NCBI RefSeq assembly: GCF_009914755.1
Contig: NC_060931.1
Strand: one strand, 5' to 3'
DNA length: 64,000 nucleotides
From: the human T2T-CHM13v2.0 reference genome, Homo sapiens
Positions 51,831-64,000 of the stretch are shown here, piece by piece. Numbering within the stretch: the first letter of the stretch is position 1; every line of letters starts with the position of its first letter. The notes beneath the pieces are model-generated. The model was not told the origin of the DNA. It was given only the letters and a program-made list of their open reading frames with translations, and ran no database searches. Both the position numbers and the translations under genes were made by a program.

Positions 51831-54800
51831 GGTACACAAATAATAACAAGAACTGTCTGAAATACATACTCACATGTTTAAGCAGTCCATTCAGAAACAT
51901 TTAGCCAAAAGAACTCTCTGTAGTCAATCATATAAATTGTTCAAAAAGTTATTTCAAATTAGTCAATATTTCTTTTGAAAGTCAGTAAATAACTCACAAA
52001 AAGAAATCTGCTCATTTCTAGTTATCGATCTACATTACAAGAGTAAATCAACAATACTAATAGAAAAGGCTGCCACGGTACAAGCCATCAAAATTATTTA
52101 ATATGATTATGCTTGTCCTATGAAATATTAAGATAACTGATATAGTAAGAAAGAGCTGTTATTCTGACTTAATCCACTGGGAGGCTAGGATAGTTAAGTT
52201 TTCCCTTTTGTTAATTTTATTTTCTTTCTGTGATTAAATGAGACAAAACCTGTCCAACTTAAAATCAATTAAATACCACATGCGTGAGCTTTACATAAAC
52301 CTTTTAAAAAGATAAATATGTTCATTAAATGCAAGGTGGCAAATTTTTTACCTTCAAAAACTTTGAGCTAGAGAGAAGAGAGATGATGAGACTATAGTCA
52401 GAAATTTCATTTGTTAATTCAGCTTCCACTAGTAAATATACAAGTACTCAAAATCTATAAGCTGTTATCACTATCTTTCTTGAGATCATAAAAATATTAC
52501 CAAGCTTCAAGAACACAGCCTTTATGGCATGCCATGTGTGAGATTGTTAGACTTTTGGATGCCATTCTGACTACAAAGTAATGAAAAGCATTGTGAGCAC
52601 TTTTATCACCACCATTAATCACCAGCAGCACAGCATATAAGCAAAAAATATGCCGACTGCTCATTTTTCCATTAAGGGTCAGAATCAGGAGCTAGAAAGC
52701 CCCGAGGGGAAGCTTCCTATCAACTCCATTCTTGCATATACTGAGCTAAAAGATGTACCAGATGTCAGAATAACTTATTAAAATGTGCTTCAAACAACAA
52801 AGTGGCAAAACACTGTAAACAAGGAAGAAGGTCTTCATTGTTCCTCTAGTGAAAAAAGTCTCCTGAATACAAGATCACAGGACTATAAGAACTTCTATTT
52901 ATTAATCAATAACTGTACTTCCTTCACCTAGTTTTGAATGCTTAGATTATGTCATATATCACCAGGATTTCATGAACTTCACAATATTTTTATTTCCCAG
53001 TATGAACACTTATCCTGCCATCCCCCACAAAAAAACCCGTTAAGTTTAAATTACTTTAGCGAAACTCCTTCCTTCTGATTAAAATTGCAGTATAATAAGC
53101 AGTCAGTATATTAGAAACACCACTGAAATTAAGTACTTTTCTGCCAATGAAACATGAGTTGTTTTGAGTAAGCTATAGAATTAATCACGTTATTTCATAC
53201 CAGCATTTTTTGAAATTACAACAACCTCAATATTATAAAAGGTTAAATTCGATGAAATAGATTAGTAAAGACTAAACACTTGTAGACACACAGATTTCTT
53301 TTAGATTTAAATGGGAACTAAATGGATAGTCTACTACACTCAAATGGTTATGATATAATTGCTTCTTGGAATTTTTGTGCTGGTCAATTATACATTTAAT
53401 TCACATCAATGAAGTGAAAATTACAATGTACTTACAAAAGCTCTATGGAGAAGCTGTCATGTTTCTATGGTGATGAACATTTAAACAAGGTTTTGCCTGG
53501 ACATCTTGCCCTCCTGTAAGGGATGTAAAAACCACTTCATACACTATGTCTCTACCCATTAGGAAGCCTGGGAAAACTTCTACATTCACAGAACATTTAA
53601 AATAAATATCAAGCTATTGTTTTCACTTAACAAAAAGGGTCTCTCAGTAACATTAAAATAAGGTTTGCTCAGCATGGCATCAAGATTGCACCAAACATAT
53701 ACACAGTCATCAGGGGAAGATCGGTAGAAGTACTAATAAAGAACAGAAAATAAAAGCAGGTATTAATTATTTTATTTTAAGCCATGAAAAAACTACAAAT
53801 AAGCATCTCTAGAGAGTGTCAAACATTTCTCCCTTTGCTCCCAAGTAATCATTAAGAGCATACACGAAAAAGCTTTGGTCTCACGTCAGAGAAAACGGCT
53901 TTGTGAAAAGCTTTGTTAAGGTCTATAGTAAAACAGTGAAATGTTTTTTAATATTAATATGCTATGCAGTCTATTTTATACACAAATATACTTAATGTGG
54001 TCTATACAAGATGAAAAAATTAAAACTATAAGATGCTCAAGCTGTTAAAGCTGGACAAAAAGGAAGTGCTTGGGGTAAGCTAAAATAAAAACACCAACAT
54101 TGCCAGTTCATTGAATTAACATCTCCATTGCATTAAAATTTGTAGGCAGAAATTCCCCATGATATTAGACAAATAAAAATCCTCCAGATTACAAATGAAT
54201 TAATACATGTTTTCAATATGTAAATGAAAGAACTGAATTATAAAAAGACTATGGTAACTAGATATCAAAATTTTTACACATAATTCTGAATTTGGGAAAA
54301 AAATATTTCTTAGTACACCAAATCACATCAAATAATTCACTGGTTCACTAGTAAGGCTCTTTTCTTCTATTTTTGTTCTAATAATTCTTCAGTTCAAAAT
54401 TCATAGAAAAGAAGAAATGAGAACTAACACTTGCAGAGCTCCTACTAGTTGCTTTATACGTGCTTACTGAATCTTTGCAATATATTAAAAGGTAAATTTG
54501 ATTACACATAACAAAGTTCACACTCAAAAGTGAAATAATTTGCCTGCATGCCAGAATTCACTTTCAATTCAGGTCTGTCAGCCCTCAGGGCCCTGTGCTT
54601 TCCACCCCTACCCTTCACCTCCACCCTTCACCCCCACCTCCCCAGTGACAGAAATAAGTCACAAAAGACAACACCACATGGAAATGAGGAAGTGGGGGAG
54701 AATGCTTAAAAGAAACAAGACAAACCTATGATTTTAGTAAAGGACCTAAAAGCTTCTTTTACTGGAACGTTAGTTTTCAGTTCCATAAAAGCAAGCTCAT

Positions 54801-56154
54801 ACTAAGGTCAAATGCTCAGTCTTGTAAGAAACCTGTAATGCAGAAGACCATCTTAGCCAATATCCACTTTCATTTCATGAAACACTCAGGCACAAACTCC
54901 AACAAAGATACAACAAAAGAAAGATCATTAGCATTATTACTTATTATTACAGTGAAACATAAAAGATATTAAGTTTTAAAATATAATAAAAAGCAATGCC
55001 ACGTGACAATTTAGGTAATAACATCATATTGCTTATGTGGCAAATAATACTTTACACAAAAAGCACTAGAAATTCCAAAACACCACAGAAGATCCTTTAT
55101 GACAGTGAACAAAATAGGAAAGATGTACATGAAAGCTTCCGGCTTCCTGCTCTCACTCCAGACTAGTCCCCCGTTAGCTCCTTTGGGCCCTTCTCTCCCA
55201 GGTTTCCACATTTCCTGCATCTCTCAATAAATAATAGCTACTTTGGGTGGGCAGGTATCAGTGCAGATGCATACATACATATTAGTATTTTATTAATATA
55301 TTTATATATTTTTCCATTGAAAATCAGCAAGTTGGCATTTGGTTTTATGTATCAGCCTCTGTTTAGCTAATGTGAGCTGATCATCAAGGGATACAAATCA
55401 CCCTTTTCCCTTTCTATTTTAAAATAAAAGTTTACTATTTAGCTTTACATGTCTATTAAATACCCATGGATATACTACCCAACTAGAACAAACATTACCA
55501 TGACCATCCTCCCAACCAAGTCAACCTTCTGCACCAACCTACCCACAGGTAACCACAAAACACTGCCATGTTTATCATCCATTTGCGTTTTTTAAAATTG
55601 TGGTGAAATATGCATAACATAAAGTTCACCATCGTAACCATTTTTAAGTGTACAGTTCAGTGGCATTACTACATTCACACTGTTATGGTACCATCACCAC
55701 CACCCATCTCCAGAATGCTTTTCATATTCACCAACTGAAACTCTGTACCCATTAAACAATAACTTCCCCCCCAATACACAATCCCTGGCAACCACTATGC
55801 TACTTTCTGTTTCTACAACTTTGACAATGCTATAGGTATCTCATTTAAGGAGAATCATATAGAATTTGTCCTTTTGTGACTGGACTGTTTAACTTAGCAA
55901 GGTTCATCCACGTTGTAGCATGTGTCATAATTTCCTTCTTTAGGGCTGAATAATACTTCATTGTATGGATATATCACGTGTGGTTTACTCATTATTCATC
56001 ATACACAGTTGGATTGCTTCCACCATTTAGGTATTGTGAATAATGCTGCTATGAACATGGGTGTACATGTATGTGTTGGAGTTCCTGCCTTCAATTCTTT
56101 TAGATGTATATCCAGAAGTGGAATTGCTGGATCAGATGGTAATTCCATTTTTAA

Positions 56155-56625
<471 letters not shown>

Positions 56626-56959
56626 TCATTGTAGTTTTGATCTGCATTTCCCTAGTGATTAGTGATGGTGATAATCTTTTTATGTGCTTATTGGCCATTT
56701 GTGTATCTTCTTTGGATAGACTTTGGATGTCTATTCAGTTTCTTTGCCTATTTTGTAATATTTGATAGAGGAAGTTCCATCACCTAGTTCTTCAAAATTG
56801 CTCCGGCTATTCTTGGCTTTCTGCACTTCCATTAAATTTTTACTACCTGCTTGTCACATTCTATAAGAAAACTTTGCAGAATTTTTATTAGAATTGCAAA
56901 AACTCTAAAAATTATGAACACAGAATATCTATCAATTTATTTAGGTTTTCTTCAACATC

Positions 56960-57395
<436 letters not shown>

Positions 57396-58662
57396 TGATT
57401 TTTTTAAATATATTAATCCTTGTACCCAGCATCCTTGTTAAATTTTTTTATTTGAATAATCTATTTTTAAATTCAGCTGAGCTTGACTTTCTAGTTTTAT
57501 TTGCCGCTATGCAGTTTCATTAGGACTCATGTACAGGTAGTGCATGAAAACATTCCTATCCCTTCTAGACACTGCTCTTACCCATAACAGGAAAGAAAGA
57601 AGACAGCTCCTTCAATGGTGTAAGAGATCAGGCCATGTCAGCTCATCAACTTCATCATCAAAGTGTATGTGTAGAATTTGCTTCAGAAATGAAAGTCTTT
57701 TTTGTCAGATAATACCTTCGTAATTATCACTCTTCTTGTTGTATTTTGTTTATTTTTTGTTATTTTGGTTTTTTTTCTGTTTTGTTTTTTTTTTACAGCA
57801 TCACACTATAATACTAGCTTGCTTCTAAAAGTGGTAACCAGCTCTGAATGGTGTAGAATGACTCAGCAGCATGCATTTCTGGCAATACTGAGGACTAGAT
57901 ATCCTTAAGTTTTTCTGTTAAAGAAAATCCCCTAGATAATATATTAAAAGTCTCCTTGAAATATTTTTTGTCTACTAACTCTTTGAGTAATACACCGAGT
58001 TTGGGGCCTCTCACGGTGTTGGCTTTTCTCAAATGTTTGTTCGTCTTTGAATTCTCTGTTCATCTCCGTATTTAAGAACTCTTGTCCTGCTTGTTCTCCC
58101 TATCATCTCCTGCCTCTGATGATACTGAATTTAGTGAATAGATCTAGAGAGTGGACGGAGGCAGGCAGGACTAATTCTGGGAGCTGTCTTGTATGTTGGT
58201 GGACCTTTATGAGCATTAACATGAACTCTCACATCACCAGTACCCACGTTCACTACTTCAGCCCAAAGCAAATGCTACACTGCCTGCTGACTGCAGCTCC
58301 CTTCTCAGCACCCTGCTTCTGTCTGTCCCTTATGTCCTTCAGTAGCAGAGCCACATGGTTTTAATTCTCTTAAAGCCAGGTCAAAGGAGAACTTGAGGAG
58401 CGCAGACAATCAAAAATCCTAAAATCAATCTGTGAAACTGCATAATATCCTATGGGAAAATAAAATGAAATGTTAGGGTTATCTTTTATACGGGGGAAGT
58501 CAATTGTGTCTCTATTAGATAAAATTCATCTGCATTGCTCTCTACTTCCTCCAAGGTAACTCTAACTCTACACAGATGTAAAAGGGCCTAGGAAGTGGAA
58601 AGTCAGTCAAAGGCACATACTCCTCCAGGACCTGATAATCCCCAGGATCTACCACACAATGC

Positions 58663-58743
58663 CCAGGACTCCATTAACAGACACCTGCATCTCTTTTGCC
58701 CATCCAGGACTCCACTAACAGACATCTGCATCTCTTTTGCCCA
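58663..58743. repeat. 41-bp tandem duplication (2 copies)
   Basis: ccaggactcca(t/c)taacagaca(c/t)ctgcatctcttttgccca occurs twice. Confidence 0.9.
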
Positions 58744-58841
58744 GTTCCAAGTCTTGGACAATTTTTCCCGGCACCAGAAAAATATATGTACACAAGATGA
58801 ACTGTTAAAGTAAGAAGGACATAAAATATAAGTACACACTA

Positions 58842-59135
<294 letters not shown>

Positions 59136-59872
59136 TTAGAATATTAATGAAAATGCAATAGAAGGCAAGCTAAACAGTAAAAGTAACCAAAACCATCAGT
59201 GTAATATGCTTCACGCAAACCAAATAAGACCCAGGAGAGGTAAACACTAAGAATCCTGACATACGGATGTATTCAGCAGTGGCTCGCAAACTTATAGGAA
59301 TCATCTTGCAACCTTGAGAAGGAGTTTCTGAACGCTGCCTTGGAAAAAAATCTTCCTTCAACAGAACCTTAAGGTCAGGAGAGACTGACACAACTACAAA
59401 GCTTTGCCCTGTTTGCTACAGAGCAAAGGACAGAAGAAAAGACTTGGGCTCCATACCTGTAGAATAAATCTGAGCAGATTCAAGCAGAGACAATCTGAAT
59501 CTTCCCAGAGGTGGAAACAAGGCCAAAGAATGCAAAAAAGTTAATAAAGAACTGAACTACTACTATGTTCCAGATAAAAGGTCAGTAAAGCTAACAGGTA
59601 GAAGAGGAGTCATTAGTTCAAGATGATGGGTCTCACAACACACACTTTTTAGCATAAAAGATGAGAGAAATATACAATAAATCACCAATCTACATGTCCC
59701 TAACACTAACAATAGTACCTAGCATGCAATAAGCCACCAATAAATATTAACTGAATGATTTAATTATGCCAGAGGACAGAAGCACCAGCAGACTAGTGAC
59801 ATTGAGAAGTTCCTAAAAGACAGCAAATAAATGGGATCAAATCTATGGGAAAATGTCCAAGGAAAGGTATAG

Positions 59873-60096
59873 ATGGGAGGCAGGGAGGGAGGGAAGGAGG
59901 GAGGCTGTGAAGGAGGGAAAGAAGGAATGAGGCCGGGAGGGAAGGAAGGAAGGAAGGAGGGAGGAAAGGAAGGAGGTAGGGAAGGGAAGGGAAGGAAGGA
60001 GGAAGGGAAGAGAAGGAGGAAGGAGGAAGGAGGAAGGAGGAAGGGAAGGGAAGGAGGGAAGGAAGGAAGGAGGGAGGGGAAAAAAGAAGAAAAAGG
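59873..60096. repeat. Degenerate (GGAA/GGGA)n polypurine tract
   Basis: About 220 bp of almost exclusively A/G. Confidence 0.95.
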
Positions 60097-61549
60097 TTAG
60101 CAGTGATTCCCAGTGCTACAAGCTTATAGTCAAGAAGTTCAAAAATACGTCTAATAATAGGTAAGAATATTAAGAAATCATAGGTAAGGGTAACGTTATT
60201 GTATAAATTGCTCTAGAATAACTGAATAGTAATACAGAGAGAAAATAACTTAGATTTTCTCTTTTTAACCACCTCACAAAATTAGCTACAGGTAGACGAA
60301 AATATTAGATCTTTGCAAAACTCAAGGACAAAGTAGCCAAAATAGAATAGACTATATTATTCATCCCAACTTTGAAGGAATGATAACACTTGAAGAGTGA
60401 AACCAACTATCAAATTACTAAGAGTTTAGTTGAAGTGTAAAAATGTAGAAAAGCTAGCAGAAAACAAAATCAGGTTTTGTTTGGGCCTGCTTATATAATG
60501 TTTGTTATCAAGTCCTGAGTTTTCTCACACAATTAATTTAAAGAAAATTAAACAGCATGTGACATGGTTAAGTAGGACCAAGTCAAACATATATATTATG
60601 AATCTTAAATTATAATAAATCAACTTTCTAAAACCAGCCTTAATTATATCTTTATATATATACCCTTTCTAATCAAAATTTACCTAATATATATTTGATT
60701 AAAATGATTAAATTATACATAACATTTTTAATCAACTTTAATGCTATTTTCTTGGCTTAGGATTTTCCAACAATACAGGTATCTATAGTAATATTAGCCG
60801 CAAACTCTTGGGAAGTCAGCGCCTACAGATGAGCTCGCAGGGGAGACTTTCTTCTGCCCAGAGCTAAGGCTGACAGTCTTCCTCTATCAATGGGCAAGGT
60901 GTGCGCATGCTTTAAAATCTGCCCTTTGCCTGAGCGCTTCTTACTGAGCCTCAGTTCTGACTCCTAGTCTCTATGTGCCTCTAACCTCATTTTTCCCAAA
61001 CTAAAGGTCCCACGTTACCTTGTGACCACCCTCTCTCCCCTGCTGAGGAAACCATAGCCTGGCTTATTCACTTACTCTTGGGGTTTTGTTGTTCCTGTTT
61101 GTTGTTCTTCAAATACTCAGAGATTTTTCTGGCTTTCTTGAGAACTTATCTATGTACTTAATAATACAGGCTGCTTGTTATATAGTTATATTTTTGACAA
61201 GGTCCTATTTTACAATAGGATGTGCTGTTTAACTTCCTTTAAACCAACTATGTAAAAAAAACTCATGAGGTGACAACAAACATATATAATCAGGCTCAAA
61301 TAAAGCCTGATGTAGAAAATACAAAGACCAAAATTTCTCTTTGCATGACAATTTAACAATATTTTTGAAACTCTAATCTGCTGAACTTCTAAAACCCTGA
61401 TTTATTTTTTATAATTTCCATGTTATTTCTACATGCTGAAATAAGAAAACATTTCAAGGAGTTATTTCCCAATAAGTGATAAATATTTCTCAGTAAGTAA
61501 CATTCCATGTCTAAGTTGTCTATTTTCAATAAAGTCAAACTAGATATAA

Positions 61550-61855
<306 letters not shown>

Positions 61856-61934
61856 TAGTACTCCATTTCCTCTGTGTGGCATTAATTTTAAGGTTTTAGG
61901 GCCATCCTGATGTGCTATACGAAAGTTTTCATAA

Positions 61935-62067
61935 GGCCGGGTACAGTAGCTCAAGCCTGGAATCCCAGCATTTTGGGAAGTCAAGGTGGGCGGACTGCTT
62001 GAGGCCAGGAGTTGGAGACCAGCCTGAGCAACATAGCAAAACCCCATTTCTTTAAAAGAAAAAAAAC
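61935..62067 (+). mobile_element. Alu left monomer (FLAM_C-like)
   Basis: Single arm with A tail. Confidence 0.85.
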
Positions 62068-62548
62068 AGTTTTGATCAGCCAAATACAGGATCTAGTGAA
62101 GATTAACTTGGACAGAACTTTACTATCTGTATTGTTACTATTAGTATGCTCTTCGTTACCTTGTATTTAAACATCAGTGTACCTTTTATTTATGATACTT
62201 AACCAACTATCCATTATAGGCATTAGTTAAGCAATCTATGACTAGGAATTTTTTAAAATAGAAAACAGCTCAAAACCACGCCTATGGCTTGTCCAGTTCA
62301 GCTGAGTCAAGCACTGAAATCATGAGCATTCTCCCCTGCCCTCTACTAATACCTGGCGTACTCACCAAACCCCACATTCACAGGCTCTCAACATATCTTG
62401 TTTTAAAGAAAAAAAAAAATACTCATAAATATATAATATTGATTTTTATTTAAAAAAATAAGAAATAGTACGAGGTATATTTACAGAATGAAACTGCAGA
62501 AAACCTTCTGTAATTTCTAGGAGATCTGAGAATCATTTGGTATAAATT

Positions 62549-62851
62549 GGCTGGGCACGATGGCTCACGCCTGTAATCCCAGCACTTTGGGTGGCCAAGG
62601 CAGGTGGATCACCTGAGGTCAGGAGTTCAAGGGCAGCTTGGCCAACATGGTGAAACCTCGTCTCTATTAAAAATACAAAAATTAGCCGGGCGTGGTGGTG
62701 GGCACCTGTAATCCCAGCTACTTGGAAGGCTGAGGCAGGAGAATCACTTGAACCTGGGAGATGGAGGTGCAGCGAGCCAAGATCTCGCCATTGCACTCCA
62801 GCCTGGGTGACAGAGCAGGACTCTGTCTCTAAAAATAAATAAATAAATAAA
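62549..62851 (+). mobile_element. Alu (AluSx-like)
   Basis: Full dimer with (TAAA)n tail. Confidence 0.95.
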
Positions 62852-64000
62852 TCTAGCATTATAAAACAACTTAAAATTTCTTCTTCCTCTGTGCTACGAA
62901 TAGAATAAATGTTTTCCATAAAACTGATCATTTCAATATATTGAATCCTAACTTTTTCTACCGTTAGTGTGTCCTTATTTTTTCCGTTTTTGCCTGCTGA
63001 TCTTATTTTTAATCCCTAAAAGAAGACACATTCACATACATATTTTTTAATGTTTCGGTTGCTTTAGAATTCAGTCACTTCAGAACAATACAACCTTGTC
63101 TTTCTCGATGAGAATTTCCTTTCTTTAATGTAAAATGTGCAAACCAATAAATATTTAAGTCGTATCATGTTAGTGACTTAAGTTTTAAAGAAAAGTAGAT
63201 TTATCACAGGCTAAAATATTACCTAACGTCAAACTATCAAACAATCTTACTGCCTTTGATGTGTATAAATACACAACTTCTATTTCTGGTATACTAAATG
63301 ACAAATAAATGGACTGTAAATTAATGTACCAAGGTTCAGTTATATATTGACAAACGTTTCATAGATCAAAGATCAACATTGTGACCCACTGAATAAATGA
63401 TTTTATACATGAATAAATATGAGCTTAAGTGCCAAATAAATCTAAGATTGTAACAATTCAACCCCTAGCCTCTCTGGTGAGCTCTTGTCCTGCAGGCCTG
63501 TGGTATCCTAATGACTTAAGAAGCTCTCTAGTAGCACTAAATCTGACATTTAATTTTCCTTTCAAATAAAGTTTATTCCAACCAAGGGTGAGTAGTTTTC
63601 TATTCCCCCCAAAAACTTTTAGAAAAGATACTCTAATTAACAATGACTATTTCTATAAAACTGTTTCATGAGTATTGGAGTAGTATTACAGCCAGTTTAA
63701 TTTAAAGTATAATTACTTTAAAATCTGTACTTGGTAACTTTCTGTTTCCTCTCTGCCAAAGCTTTTCTTCATTTAAACAGAGGCCTGAACTATCAAACAT
63801 TATGAGACATTAGTTAGTAATTTAATCATCATATAAAAGGGTTTGAAGTTTAGTTATCTATTAAACAAATACCTATTTTTTTACAACCTATACTGTTCTA
63901 AAACAGATCCTATTTCAAAAAATAAAATAAAAGCTGAATATGTCAATACCAATGTAATTTTTCATGTCACTTTGCTGTTAGATATAAAAAGTAATCCTCC

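Noticed and set aside
59873-60100. G/R/E/K-rich ORF
   Set aside because: Translation of a polypurine simple repeat.

Overview
Human-type (hominid) genomic DNA from the interior of LMBR1 (7q36.3, SHH regulatory domain), gene on the minus strand. Seven constitutive coding exons (canonical exons 6-12) have GT-AG borders and splice into one continuous frame (GIRARILETLVM...ETAMPKGTR). The window runs from intron 12 (left) deep into intron 5 (right). I do not see the ZRS limb enhancer; it should lie just beyond the right edge. Most of the rest is Alu, L1, L2, MIR, LTR and simple repeats, and nearly all ORFs in the supplied track are repeat-derived or chance. The most interesting signals are (1) extra minus-strand exons: a clean in-frame 123-nt cassette in intron 9 and several candidate poison/cryptic exons in introns 9 and 5; (2) a CpG-retaining patch with convergent CTCF-like motifs next to exon 6; (3) an LTR10 solo LTR with a 29-bp repeat carrying AP-1 and DR4 motifs; (4) Ala at codon 228, where I recall Thr in the reference. 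No wholly new gene system is evident. Repeat subfamily names come from memory of consensus sequences and repeat boundaries are approximate.
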